The translations under genes and the position numbers were made by a program. Shown here piece after piece: positions 34,883 through 47,134 of a stretch of 64,000 nucleotides of DNA. The stretch is from Candidatus Multivoradales bacterium (lineage in GTDB: Bacteria > Acidobacteriota > Thermoanaerobaculia > Multivoradales > JAHEKO01). The notes beneath the pieces are model-generated. The model did not search any database. It worked only from the letters and a program-made list of their open reading frames with translations, and had not been told where the DNA came from. The stretch covers positions 736,001-800,000 of the forward strand of contig CBDCXM010000009.1 of assembly GCA_965223855.1 (NCBI GenBank), in the 5' to 3' direction. The first letter of the stretch is position 1; every line of letters begins with the position of its first letter.

Positions 34883-36256
34883 TCAGTCGATGTAGCCGAG
34901 ATCGCGCAGGCCCTCGGTCGTCTCTTCCCCGACCGCGGCTTCGCGGGTCGCGATCGGTGCCAGGGAGCGACGCCACGAGCGCAGGCGTGCCGCCAGCTCG
35001 GCGGCGACCTGAGGCTGCTCCGTCAACCGGTCCGAGAGCTCTCCGGGGTCGGCAGCGAGGTCGAACAGCTCTCTGCGCCCTCCCTCGCGCCACACCACCA
35101 GCTTGTGGGAGTCGGTGCGAGCGGCGACCATGGTGCTGTTCTCGGCAAACACGGTCGCGACGTCGTCACTTGAAGCTGTGCCCCTCAGTCGGGCGATGAG
35201 ATCGGGCGCGCCGCGCCCCGGCTCGAGGCCCACCGCCACCCGCAGCGTCGGCGCCACCGCCCGCAGCTCGACCAGACCGTCGTCGCGCCCTCCCCCCTCG
35301 ATCCCCCAGGAGAGCGGCGGCTTGACGATCAACGGCACGTGGAGGAGCCGATCGACCAATCCCTCCTGATGGCCGAGGAGGCCGCGCTCCATGAACTCCT
35401 CACCGTGGTCCGAGGTCACCACCACCAGCATCTCGTCCCAACGCCCCGTCTCACGCAAGCGATCGAACAGCTGGCCGACGAACTCGTCGGTCTGCACCAG
35501 CTCCTCGTCGTAGTTCGACACCAGCTGGGCCACTTCCTGGGGCGACAGCTGCCGGCTGCCGTCGCGCACCTCGCGGCGCAGACGGCGCCAGTCGTGGCAG
35601 GGGTCGAAGTCGTTGTCACCGGACGAGAACATCCCCTTGGCCCAGTCGCGCGGGCAGTAGGGCCAGTGGAGGTCGAGGTAGTGGAGGTAGACGAAGGTCG
35701 GTCGGCCCTCCTCCTGGGCGCCGAGCCAGCGCAGGTAGTTGCGGTTGACGTTGGCGGCGCCGTCGGTCTGGTTGAGGTAGAAGTCGAATCCCTGGTTGAA
35801 GTTGAAGTTGCGCGACAGCTGGTACTGCTCGCCGATGAGTGCGGTGGCGAAGCCGGCCGCCTGAAGCGGTTCGGAGACCAGCTCGACACCGTCCGACAGC
35901 GCCGGCCCGATCACCTCGCCGCGCCGGTTGCGATCGACCGTCAGGAGGCCGTGCTCACTGGGATAGAGACCCGACAGCAGGCTCGGGACCGAGCCCCGGG
36001 TCCAGTGCGACTGGGAGAAGGCGCGGGTGAAGGTCACCCCTTCCGCCGCCAATCGGTCGAGGTGCGGCGTCGTGGCGCGCTCGTAGCCGTAGGTGCCGAC
36101 GTGATCGGCTCGCAGGCAGTCGATCACCACCAGCAGCAGGTCGGACGGGCGGGGCAGCGGCGGCGCCTTGCCGCAGCCGCTCATTCCGACCAGCGCCGCT
36201 GCTGTCAGCGCGGCGGCGGCAGCGAGACCTCTCGAGGCCGTTGTGAGGTTCATCAT
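34883..36256 (-). CDS. Sulfatase-like lipoprotein
   Basis: Lipobox MSGC; IDCLRADH, YLHYLDLH.PY, TSDHGEE, DPGE, LRDLGY. Confidence 0.88.
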   Translation of the reverse strand: MMNLTTASRGLAAAAALTAAALVGMSGCGKAPPLPRPSDLLLVVIDCLRADHVGTYGYERATTPHLDRLAAEGVTFTRAFSQSHWTRGSVPSLLSGLYPSEHGLLTVDRNRRGEVIGPALSDGVELVSEPLQAAGFATALIGEQYQLSRNFNFNQGFDFYLNQTDGAANVNRNYLRWLGAQEEGRPTFVYLHYLDLHWPYCPRDWAKGMFSSGDNDFDPCHDWRRLRREVRDGSRQLSPQEVAQLVSNYDEELVQTDEFVGQLFDRLRETGRWDEMLVVVTSDHGEEFMERGLLGHQEGLVDRLLHVPLIVKPPLSWGIEGGGRDDGLVELRAVAPTLRVAVGLEPGRGAPDLIARLRGTASSDDVATVFAENSTMVAARTDSHKLVVWREGGRRELFDLAADPGELSDRLTEQPQVAAELAARLRSWRRSLAPIATREAAVGEETTEGLRDLGYID

Positions 36257-36284
36257 CCGTGACGACCGATTCTATGGACGCTCG

Positions 36285-36848
36285 TCACTCTCCGGAGCGC
36301 CGGACGAGCCACAACCTGAGATTGACCGCATTGACGAGGATGTGGGCGACGATCGGCGCCAGCAGCGCTCCGCTCCACTCCCGCAGGAAGGCGAAGAGGC
36401 ACCCGGCGACGGCGGCGAAGAGCGTCCACCAGCGATGCTCACGGCCCGGCCCGGTATGAAGCAGGGCGAAGAGCGCTGTCGCCCACACCCAGCCCCATGC
36501 CCCCTGGATCGCGCCGCGGAAGAGCAGCTCCTCGGCGATACCCGAAAGGACCGCGAGAGCGAGGATCTCGTCGGCTTTCGGCTGCCCGAGGACCGCTGCC
36601 AGACTGTCCTCGAGACGGCGCGCCGCGGCGAAGAAGATCCGCACCACCGCCCACAGGCCGATCAGGAGCGCGGCGGCGCCGGCGGCCCCCGCCAGATCGA
36701 GCCACCAGCGCTCGCCCGACCAGAAGAGCTCGAGCCTCAGCTCGCCCCGGACGCCGAGCCAGATGACTCCGGCCAGAGCGACGACCAGGTAGAAGGCCCA
36801 GGCGATCCGATAGAGCTGTGACGGCTGAGCCGATTCGCCCGGGGTCAC
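36285..36848 (-). CDS. CPBP/Abi intramembrane metalloprotease
   Basis: EELLFRG, FALLH, AH...N. Confidence 0.9.
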   Translation of the reverse strand: MTPGESAQPSQLYRIAWAFYLVVALAGVIWLGVRGELRLELFWSGERWWLDLAGAAGAAALLIGLWAVVRIFFAAARRLEDSLAAVLGQPKADEILALAVLSGIAEELLFRGAIQGAWGWVWATALFALLHTGPGREHRWWTLFAAVAGCLFAFLREWSGALLAPIVAHILVNAVNLRLWLVRRSGE

Positions 36849-36890
36849 GAGGTCGCTGGTCGCGTCAGCCGGTCGCGACGGTCAGCGCGG

Positions 36891-39380
36891 TCAATGGATC
36901 GTCTCCTGACCGTCGTCTTCGCCGTCATCGTCGTCCGAGCGCTCGGCGAGCTTGGCGATCGCCACCAGCCGATCGCCGCCCTCGAGGTCCATCAGCTTGA
37001 CCCCCATGGTGGCGCGGCCCGACACCCGCACGCCGTCGACGTTGATGCGGATGATCTTGCCCTCCTGGGTGATCAGCATCATGCCGTCTTCGGGGGTCAC
37101 CTGCTTGGCGCCGAGCACCTGGCCGGTCTTGTCCGACACCTTGAGGTTGATGATCCCCTTGCCGCCGCGGCTCTGGCGCCGGTACTCGTCCACGAGGGTG
37201 CGCTTGCCGATCGCGTTGGCGGCGATCGACAGGATCTCTCCCTCGCCCGAGAGGCTCTCCATCGACACGACACGGTCGCCCTTACGCAGCGAGATGCCGC
37301 GCACGCCGCGCGTCGCACGCCCCATCGGCCGAGCATCCGCTTCCGGGAAGCGGATCGAGTAGCCGAGGGCGGTCGAGAGCATGATGTCGTTGCCGCCGTC
37401 CGTGGTCCGCACGTCGAGCAGCCGGTCGTCGTCGTCGATGTTGATGCCGATGATGCCGCCGGCACGGACGTTCGAGTAGGCCGACAGCTCCGTCTTCTTG
37501 ACCGTGCCGTTCTCGGTCGCGAAGACGAGGAACTCGTCGTCGCTGAACTCGCGCACCGCTACCGTCGTGGCGAGCCTCTCTTCCTTCTCGAGGTGCAGCA
37601 GGTTGACGATCGCCTTGCCGCGCGACGCCGGCCCCATCTGCGGGATCTCGTGCACCTTGAGCCAGTAGAGGCGGCCGCGCTCGGTGAAGACCAGCACGTA
37701 GGAGTGCGCCGTGGCGACGTAGAGGTGCTCGACGAAGTCGCCCTCCTTGGTCACCATCCCCATCCGCCCCTTGCCGCCGCGATTCTGCGAGCGGTAGAGC
37801 GACAACGGCGAGCGCTTGATGTAGCCCGAGTTGGTGACGGTGATCACCATCTCCTCGTCGGCGATCATGTCCTCGATCGTGATGTCGCTCGCCTCGTCGA
37901 TGATCTCGGTGCGGCGCTCGTCGCCGTAGGTTTCGACGATCTCGGCCAGCTCGCCGCGGATCACCTCGAGCACCAGCTCGTCCGAGCCGAGGATGGCGCG
38001 CAGCCGCTCGATCAGCTCCATCAGCTCCTTGTACTCGGCGACCACCTTGTCGCGCTCGAGGCCGGTGAGCTTCTGGAGCCGCATCTCGAGGATCGCCTGC
38101 GCCTGCGGCTCGGTGAACGAGAAGTTCGCGATCAGGTTCTCGCGCGCCTCGGCCGGCGTGGCGCTGGCGCGGATGGTGGCGATCACCTCGTCGAGGTGGT
38201 CGAGCGCCTTGAGGATGCCCTCGAGGATGTGGGCGCGCTCCTCGGCCTTGCGCAGGTCGAACCGGGTGCGCCGGATGACGACCGTCTTGCGGTGGTCGAG
38301 GAAGTGCTCGAGGATCTCTTTGAGCGAGAGCACCCGCGGCTGGTTGTCGACGATCGCCAGCAGGATCATGCCGAACGTCGACTGCATCGCCGTCATCTTG
38401 TAGAGCTGGTTGAGAAGAATCTCCGGCACGGTGCCGCGCTTGACGTCGATGACGACCCGGATGCCGTCGCGATCCGACTCGTCGCGCAGGTCGGAGATGC
38501 CCTCGATCTTCTTGTCGCGCACCAGGGTCGCGATGCGCTCGAGCAGCCGCGCCTTGTTGACCTGGTAGGGGACCTCGGTGATGACGATCGACTGCTTGTC
38601 GCCGCGGCGCTGGGTTTCGATGTTGGCGCGCGCCCGCATCTGGATCGTGCCGCGACCGGTCTCGTAGGCGGCCCGGATCCCGGCGCGACCGTGGATGAAG
38701 CCCGCGGTCGGGAAATCGGGGCCGGGGAGCTTCGCCATAAGCTCCTTGAGCGACGCGTCGGGATTGTCGATCAGCACGTTGAGCGCGCCGATCACCTCGG
38801 TCAGGTTGTGGGGCGGGATGTTGGTCGCCATGCCGACGGCGATGCCGCCGGAACCGTTGATCAGGAGCGACGGGATGCGGGCCGGCAGCACCACCGGCTC
38901 GGCGAGCGAGCCGTCGTAGTTGGGCGCCCAGTCGACGGTCTCCTTGTCGATGTCCTCCTTGAGCATCTCCTCGGCGAGCTTGGTAAGCCGCACCTCGGTG
39001 TAGCGCATCGCCGCCGCGCTGTCGCCGTCGAGTGAACCGAAATTGCCCTGGCCGTCGACCATCGGGTAGCGCAGCGAGAAGTCCTGCGCCATCCGCACCA
39101 CGGTGTCGTAGATCGCCGAGTCGCCGTGCGGGTGGTACTTACCCATGACGTCACCGACGATGCGGGCCGATTTCTTGTAGGGCTTGCGCGAGGTGTTGCC
39201 GCTCTCCCACATGCCGTAGAGGACGCGCCGGTGGACCGGCTTCAGGCCGTCGCGAACGTCGGGCAGCGCGCGCCCGACGATGACGCTCATCGCGTAGTCG
39301 ATGTAGCTGGACTTCAGTTCCTCTTCGATGTCGATCGTCGCCGACGCGTCGAAGGGCAGAACCCGATCGTGTTCACTCAT
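36891..39380 (-). CDS. gyrA: DNA gyrase subunit A
   Basis: [23 protein letters not shown], GyrA-box QNRGGKG. Confidence 0.98.
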   Translation of the reverse strand: MSEHDRVLPFDASATIDIEEELKSSYIDYAMSVIVGRALPDVRDGLKPVHRRVLYGMWESGNTSRKPYKKSARIVGDVMGKYHPHGDSAIYDTVVRMAQDFSLRYPMVDGQGNFGSLDGDSAAAMRYTEVRLTKLAEEMLKEDIDKETVDWAPNYDGSLAEPVVLPARIPSLLINGSGGIAVGMATNIPPHNLTEVIGALNVLIDNPDASLKELMAKLPGPDFPTAGFIHGRAGIRAAYETGRGTIQMRARANIETQRRGDKQSIVITEVPYQVNKARLLERIATLVRDKKIEGISDLRDESDRDGIRVVIDVKRGTVPEILLNQLYKMTAMQSTFGMILLAIVDNQPRVLSLKEILEHFLDHRKTVVIRRTRFDLRKAEERAHILEGILKALDHLDEVIATIRASATPAEARENLIANFSFTEPQAQAILEMRLQKLTGLERDKVVAEYKELMELIERLRAILGSDELVLEVIRGELAEIVETYGDERRTEIIDEASDITIEDMIADEEMVITVTNSGYIKRSPLSLYRSQNRGGKGRMGMVTKEGDFVEHLYVATAHSYVLVFTERGRLYWLKVHEIPQMGPASRGKAIVNLLHLEKEERLATTVAVREFSDDEFLVFATENGTVKKTELSAYSNVRAGGIIGINIDDDDRLLDVRTTDGGNDIMLSTALGYSIRFPEADARPMGRATRGVRGISLRKGDRVVSMESLSGEGEILSIAANAIGKRTLVDEYRRQSRGGKGIINLKVSDKTGQVLGAKQVTPEDGMMLITQEGKIIRINVDGVRVSGRATMGVKLMDLEGGDRLVAIAKLAERSDDDDGEDDGQETIH

Positions 39381-39428
39381 GATTCACAGAGCCTTCCGGG
39401 AAGGATCGGAAGCGAGGAGATCCCCGCG

Positions 39429-42002
<2,574 letters not shown>

Positions 42003-42072
42003 TCATGGACAGTTAGAGAGGCCTACCGTGCCGGGAGCCAGGTTTCTGCCGGACCCGCATCGAAGAGACGCA

Positions 42073-42109
42073 AAAAGGGCGTAAATCGAACTCGTATCGA
42101 CGCCCTTTT
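42073..42109 (-). terminator. Putative intrinsic terminator after dnaN
   Basis: 10-bp inverted repeat AAAAGGGCGT / ACGCCCTTTT ending in a T-run on the minus strand; long loop. Confidence 0.45.
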
Positions 42110-42195
42110 CCACAGCTCTCGCGGCCACCGGTTCTCACGCCGGCGGCTCTTGTGGGGAAGAGCCGGAAGGGCCGCTCAGGTGGCCGGGAGCGGCC

Positions 42196-43293
42196 TCAGA
42201 CCCGCATCGGCATGATCACGCACAGGTAGCGCCGATCGTCGCCCTCGACCGGCAGGCCGATGCACTGAGAGTTCTCGTCCTTGAGCTGGAAGGTCACCCG
42301 CTCGGTGCCGACCGCGGAGAGGAAGTTCCCCATGTAGTCGGGGTTGATGCCGAGGGCGAACTTGTCGCCGGAGTAGTCGCACGGCAGCTCCTCGCGTGCT
42401 TCCCCCAGATCGGGGTTGGCCGCCGAGATGCTCAGCGTCGAGTCGTCGAACTCAAGCCGCACGGCGCGGGTGCGATCGCCTGTCAGCAGGGCCACGCGCT
42501 GAACCGCCGCGGCGAGCGTCTGGCGCTCGAAGGCGACGTTCTTGTCGTTGTCCTTGGCGATCACCCGCTCGTAGTCCGGGAAGGTTCCTTCGAGGATGCG
42601 ACAGATCAGCTCGCGGCGGCCGAGCCGGAAGGAGAGATGGTGTTCGCTGCGCAGCAGTCCGAGTTCACCGTCGCCTTCGAAGCGCTGCAGCTCCTGGAGC
42701 GCCTTGCGCGGCACCAGCACCCCTTCCTCCGCACGGCCGCCGTCGAGAGCGTTCTCGACCAGCGCCAGGCGATGACCGTCGGTCGCCACCAGCTCGATGC
42801 CGCCCTCCTTGAGCTTGAACAGCGCGCCGTTGAGCTGAAATCGCGACTCCTCCGTCGACACCGCGAAGAGGATCTTGGCGATCATGCTCTTGACCTGCGC
42901 GAAGGGCACGCTCTGAGTGCCCTCCTCGGGCACCTGAGGCAGGGTCGGGAAGTCTTCCGGCGAGAGGCCGTTGATCTTGAATCGCGAACGGCCAGCCTCG
43001 ATCACGAGCTGCCGATCGTCCTCGAGCCGCAACGTCACTTCCTCGTCCACCAGCGAGCGGATGATCTCGAGGAACTTCTTCGCCTGAACCGCCACGCCCC
43101 CGGGCTGCGCCACCTCCGCCTCGCACCACGAGGTCAGCGAGACGTCGAGATCGGTCGCCGCAAGCGCGACGCGGTCGCCGTCCGCACGCAGCAGGATGTG
43201 GGACAGCACCGGAATCGTCGTCCGGCGCTCGACGACGCCCTGCATGGGCGTCAATTCAGTCAGAAAGTCGGCGCGATTGAGGCGGATTTCCAT
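42196..43293 (-). CDS. dnaN: DNA polymerase III beta sliding clamp
   Basis: TIPVLS, ATDL, VATDGHRLA, FPDYERVI, VIMPMR. Confidence 0.97.
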   Translation of the reverse strand: MEIRLNRADFLTELTPMQGVVERRTTIPVLSHILLRADGDRVALAATDLDVSLTSWCEAEVAQPGGVAVQAKKFLEIIRSLVDEEVTLRLEDDRQLVIEAGRSRFKINGLSPEDFPTLPQVPEEGTQSVPFAQVKSMIAKILFAVSTEESRFQLNGALFKLKEGGIELVATDGHRLALVENALDGGRAEEGVLVPRKALQELQRFEGDGELGLLRSEHHLSFRLGRRELICRILEGTFPDYERVIAKDNDKNVAFERQTLAAAVQRVALLTGDRTRAVRLEFDDSTLSISAANPDLGEAREELPCDYSGDKFALGINPDYMGNFLSAVGTERVTFQLKDENSQCIGLPVEGDDRRYLCVIMPMRV

Positions 43294-43633
43294 GCGGAAG
43301 ACTCCTTCGGAAAGAACGGGGAATATAGCATAGCCGTCGTCGTAGAAGGTGCTGTTGAAGCCGAGGATGAATCGTCGCGAAGCCTGCTGAGAACTGGGTT
43401 TTCGAGCGGGTCCGGTCGGCGGGTGAGGCTGTGGGAAGGTTGTGGAGCGGCTCCCGGCGGGCGGTGGAAATCTGCCGCCGTCCGAGGCTTCCGAAGAACG
43501 TCCACAGGCTCGTCCGCAGGCGGCTCGACAGCCTTTCCACAAGGGTTGTCGAGAACGCTCCTTCGAAGGGAGCCGTGTGGCTCCGGTAGGTGCGTCGGCA
43601 CCGACTCGGATCGGACCGGGACGTCCGGGAAGG
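43294..43633. other. oriC: Putative oriC (dnaA-dnaN intergenic region)
   Basis: Degenerate DnaA boxes at 43430, 43441, 43498 and 43533; trio-like run CTT CTA CGA CGA CGG CTA (minus strand, about 43331-43348) next to an AT-richer stretch. Confidence 0.75.
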
Positions 43634-44932
43634 TCAGGAAAGCTGCTCGAGCCAGCGCTTGATCGCCCGATTGAGGTCGGGGTCCTCGGCGCGCAACTTC
43701 TCGATCTTCTCGACCGAGTACATGACGGTCGAGTGGTGCTTGTCGTTGAAGTGCTTCCCGATCTCCGGGTAGGAGAGCTCGGTCAACTGCTTACACAGAT
43801 ACATCGCGACCTGGCGCGGGAAAGCGACCTGCCGGGAGTTGTTGCGGCTCTTGATCTCGGTGACCTTGAGGCCGTAGTGGCGTGCCACCATCTTGGTGAT
43901 CTCCGACGGCAGCACCCGCCGGTTGCCGTCCGGCAGGATGTCCTTGAGCGTCTCCTGGGCGAGATCGAGACTGACCGGCTTTCCTGTCAGCGAGGCGAAG
44001 GCGATGACGCGGTTGAGGCGCCCTTCGAGCTCGCGAATGTTCGACTTCACCTGGGAGGCGATGAAGAGCGCCACGTCGTCCGGCACCTCGACTCGCTCGA
44101 GATCCGCCTTGCGACGCAGGATGGCGATCTTCGTCTCGAGGTCGGGAGGCTGGATGTCGGCGATGAGCCCCCACTCGAAGCGGCTCCGCAGCCGCTCTTC
44201 GAGATCCTGTATGTCGCGGGGTGAAGAGTCGGAGGAAAGGATAATCTGCTTCTGTCTCGTATAAAGAGTATTGAAGGTGTGGAAAAACTCTTCCTGGGTA
44301 CGCTCTTTATTTGCCAGAAACTGAATATCGTCGACCATCAGCACGTCGATCGACCGGTAACGCTCACGGAACTCCGGCATGCGATTGAAGCGCAGCGAGC
44401 TGATGAGCTCGTTGACGAACTGCTCGGCTGCCAGGTACATCACCTTGAGGTCGGGATGCCGACGGACGATCTCGTGACCGATGGCGTGCAGGAGGTGGGT
44501 CTTGCCCAGTCCTACGCCGCCGTAGAGGAACAACGGGTTGTAGCTCTCCGCCGGTCGGTGCGAGATCGACTGTGCCGCCGCATGAGCGAACTGATTCGAG
44601 CTGCCGACGACGAAACTGTCGAAGGAGTAGCGGGGATTGAAGGCATCTCCGACCACGCTGCCGGTCGCCCGGTCGGTGCCGGCCTGCGGCTCGTCCTCGA
44701 CGGCGAAGAGCACCTTGAACGCGGAGCCGCGCAGCTCGCTGATGGCGCGATCGACCGCCGGCCGGTAGCTCTGCTCGAGGGTGTGGAGAAAACGCTCGCT
44801 GGGTGCCGAAAGAGTGAGTGAATCGCCGCTCTCGGAACGTACCTTCAGCGGCCGGAACCAGGTCGTAAACTCCTCTGGATCCAGCTCCTTACGGAGATGG
44901 TCCTGGAGGCTTTGCCAGAGGGCGCGTTCCAT
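43634..44932 (-). CDS. dnaA: Chromosomal replication initiator
   Basis: YNPLFLYGGVGLGKTHL, DDIQF, QEEFFHTFN, SNIRELEG, RQVAMYL, HSTV. Confidence 0.98.
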   Translation of the reverse strand: MERALWQSLQDHLRKELDPEEFTTWFRPLKVRSESGDSLTLSAPSERFLHTLEQSYRPAVDRAISELRGSAFKVLFAVEDEPQAGTDRATGSVVGDAFNPRYSFDSFVVGSSNQFAHAAAQSISHRPAESYNPLFLYGGVGLGKTHLLHAIGHEIVRRHPDLKVMYLAAEQFVNELISSLRFNRMPEFRERYRSIDVLMVDDIQFLANKERTQEEFFHTFNTLYTRQKQIILSSDSSPRDIQDLEERLRSRFEWGLIADIQPPDLETKIAILRRKADLERVEVPDDVALFIASQVKSNIRELEGRLNRVIAFASLTGKPVSLDLAQETLKDILPDGNRRVLPSEITKMVARHYGLKVTEIKSRNNSRQVAFPRQVAMYLCKQLTELSYPEIGKHFNDKHHSTVMYSVEKIEKLRAEDPDLNRAIKRWLEQLS

Positions 44933-44942
44933 AATGGAGGGG

Positions 44943-44962
44943 TTTTCCACAGTTGTGGAAAA
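44943..44962. promoter_or_regulatory. Inverted pair of DnaA boxes just upstream of dnaA (autoregulation)
   Basis: TTTTCCACA-GT-TGTGGAAAA. Confidence 0.8.
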
Positions 44963-45033
44963 CTTGTTGATCGCAGTCCCGGAGGCTGCCGGAAGCGAAA
45001 AAGCCCTGCGATTCCTTCCCTTGCGGGCGAGCG

Positions 45034-45042
45034 ATAGTAGCA
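45034..45042 (-). promoter_or_regulatory. Candidate extended -10 element of the dnaA promoter
   Basis: TGcTACTAT on the minus strand about 100 nt upstream of the dnaA ATG. Confidence 0.45.
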
Positions 45043-45100
45043 CAGCACCGGGGGCGCGCAAGACGGCCGGCGGCCCCTCTGCGGAGGGTCCGCGGAGGGG

Positions 45101-46813
45101 CTATTCGGGTCGCGCCGCGGCGGCGAGGTGAGGTGCGATCTCGAGCGAGTAGAGGGGACTGCGCAGGGGAACCAGAGCTTCGAGGAGCGCGGCGAGAGAG
45201 AAGCCGGGACCGGGAGCTCCGGAGAGGAGGTCGAGGAGCGTCGGCGGTTTCGGATAGAGGGCGAGACGGACCTCTTCGGGCTCGATCCCGGCAGCCGCGG
45301 CGGCGGCGTCGATGGCCGCGTCGAACCCTCCGAGCTGATCGACCAGCCCGAGGTCGCGAGCGGTGGTTCCGGTCCACACCCGACCCTGAGCGACGTCTTC
45401 GGCGGCCTCCGGCGTCAGCTCGCGCCCCTCGGCGACATGACCGACGAAGGTGTCGTAGACCCCCTGGATGAGCTCCTGGAAGCGTTCTCGCTGCGCCGGG
45501 CGCCAGCCGTCGAGCGACGAGAAGAAGTCGGCGTTGGCGCCGCGCCGCAGGACGTCGTGGGAGATACCGAGAAGCTCCTGCTGGAACTGACGGGTGAGGA
45601 GGCGGCCGGCGACCACACCGATCGAACCGGTGATGGTGGTCGCCTCGGCGACGATGTGCTCCGCCTTCGCGGAGATGTAGTAGCCACCCGAAGCGGCGAC
45701 GCTCGACATCGAGACGATGACCGGCTTGACCGCGGCGAGCTGTTCCACCTCGCGCAGCAGCAGGTCGGAGGCGAGCGCCGAACCGCCCGGGCTGTCGACC
45801 CTGAGGACGACGGCGGCGATCGAATCGTCGCCCGCCAGCTCGCGCAGCACGGCGCCGAAGTCGGTCGAACCGATCAGCATCTGCTGGCTCCAGGCGTCGA
45901 TGCCGCCGTAGCCGCGGACGATCGTTCCCTGGGCGAAGGCGATCGCGACACGGCGCCCGCCCAGGCCCGGGCCGCGAGGGGTGTACAGCGGCAGGTCGAG
46001 CCAGCTGTCGGCGGTGCCCAGCGTGTCGGCGAGGGCCGACTCGAACTCGTCGGGATAGCCGAGCGCATCGACGAGCCCGAGATCGAGCGCCTCGGCCGCG
46101 GTATACGGGGCTGCGTCGATCAACTGCCGCACGCGGGAGGGGTCGAGATCGCGGCCGGTGGCGATCGCGCCGATGATCTCGAGGAAGAGATCGTCCAGAA
46201 CCGAGGACAGCGCTTCGCGGGCGGCTGCCGAGTGCTCGGTGAGGGTGTAGCTCTCGGAGAAGCTCTTGTAGTCGCCTGCGGAGATGAACTCCGGCTCGAT
46301 CTTGAGCTTGTCGAGGCTGCCGCGGAAGAAGGCGCTGTCGGCGTAGAGGCCGACGACGTTGAGCTCACCCTGAGGGGCGAGCGTCAGCCGCGGGCAAGCG
46401 GAGGCGACGAAGTAGGCGAGCGTCCCGTTGGTCCCTTCGCCGGCGGTCTCGAGGTAGCACTCGACCGTCTTGCCCGCCTCGGCTACCGCGAGGATCTGGC
46501 GTCGCAACTCCTCGGCCTGCGCGAGACTGAAGGAGGCGTGATGGATCTCGACGACCAGGGCGTCGACGTCGTCGTCGGTGCGGGCACGCCGCAACGAGCG
46601 GTAGATGTCGATCAGGCTCTGCGACTCGCTCTGGCGCAGAAACGGCACGTCCGGAGCGGGAAGGTAGTCGAGCAGCGGCGTGGAGAGTCGAAGCCGGAGG
46701 ACGGTGTCCTCGGCAATGGACGGCCCGGCCCCGCCTCCGGCCTTCACCGCGACGAGAGCGATCACCACCGCCAACGCGATCAGCGCGAAGATCAGCAAGA
46801 TGAGTTTTTTCAA
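45101..46813 (-). CDS. sppA: Signal peptide peptidase SppA (67K type)
   Basis: TTG start MKKLILL; GDYKS, RVDSPGGS, AASGGYY, TGSIGV, QGRVWTG, GLVD.LG. Confidence 0.93.
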   Translation of the reverse strand: MKKLILLIFALIALAVVIALVAVKAGGGAGPSIAEDTVLRLRLSTPLLDYLPAPDVPFLRQSESQSLIDIYRSLRRARTDDDVDALVVEIHHASFSLAQAEELRRQILAVAEAGKTVECYLETAGEGTNGTLAYFVASACPRLTLAPQGELNVVGLYADSAFFRGSLDKLKIEPEFISAGDYKSFSESYTLTEHSAAAREALSSVLDDLFLEIIGAIATGRDLDPSRVRQLIDAAPYTAAEALDLGLVDALGYPDEFESALADTLGTADSWLDLPLYTPRGPGLGGRRVAIAFAQGTIVRGYGGIDAWSQQMLIGSTDFGAVLRELAGDDSIAAVVLRVDSPGGSALASDLLLREVEQLAAVKPVIVSMSSVAASGGYYISAKAEHIVAEATTITGSIGVVAGRLLTRQFQQELLGISHDVLRRGANADFFSSLDGWRPAQRERFQELIQGVYDTFVGHVAEGRELTPEAAEDVAQGRVWTGTTARDLGLVDQLGGFDAAIDAAAAAAGIEPEEVRLALYPKPPTLLDLLSGAPGPGFSLAALLEALVPLRSPLYSLEIAPHLAAAARPE

Positions 46814-46896
46814 CGGTTTGCCTCGGTTGCCGGCCGGTTGAACGCGACCGGTGAAGTGCGATTCCCGAGCGTCGCCAAGGACCAACGGGGAAGTTC

Positions 46897-46912
46897 TGGC
46901 ACGACCCTTGCT
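46897..46912 (+). promoter_or_regulatory. Sigma-54 (-24/-12) promoter
   Basis: TGGCACG-ACCC-TTGCT, an exact match to the TGGCACG-N4-TTGCW consensus. Confidence 0.8.
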
Positions 46913-46923
46913 ACAGAGAGTGC

Positions 46924-47080
46924 CGTAAGGATTCCGCGGGGAGGTTCCTCTACTGCAAGCCTAGAACAGCGAGACAACCCAAGCAGTATGTCTCGTCCCG
47001 TCTCTACCCGCAACAGAACTCCTGCTTCGCAGGATCCCACCCCAATCCGCATCACCGGGACCTCCCCCTCCTTACCTCTC
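46924..47080 (+). ncRNA. Candidate structured sRNA or leader RNA
   Basis: Starts at the predicted sigma-54 TSS; 5' and 3' ends pair (GTAAGGA/TCCTTAC, GGGGAGGTTCC/GGGACCTCCCC); two internal hairpins. Confidence 0.5.
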
Positions 47081-47134
47081 TGATCAGCGCTCTTCTCGTC
47101 CGCTCCCATCGGCTTCGATAACGTCGCGCCCGCG

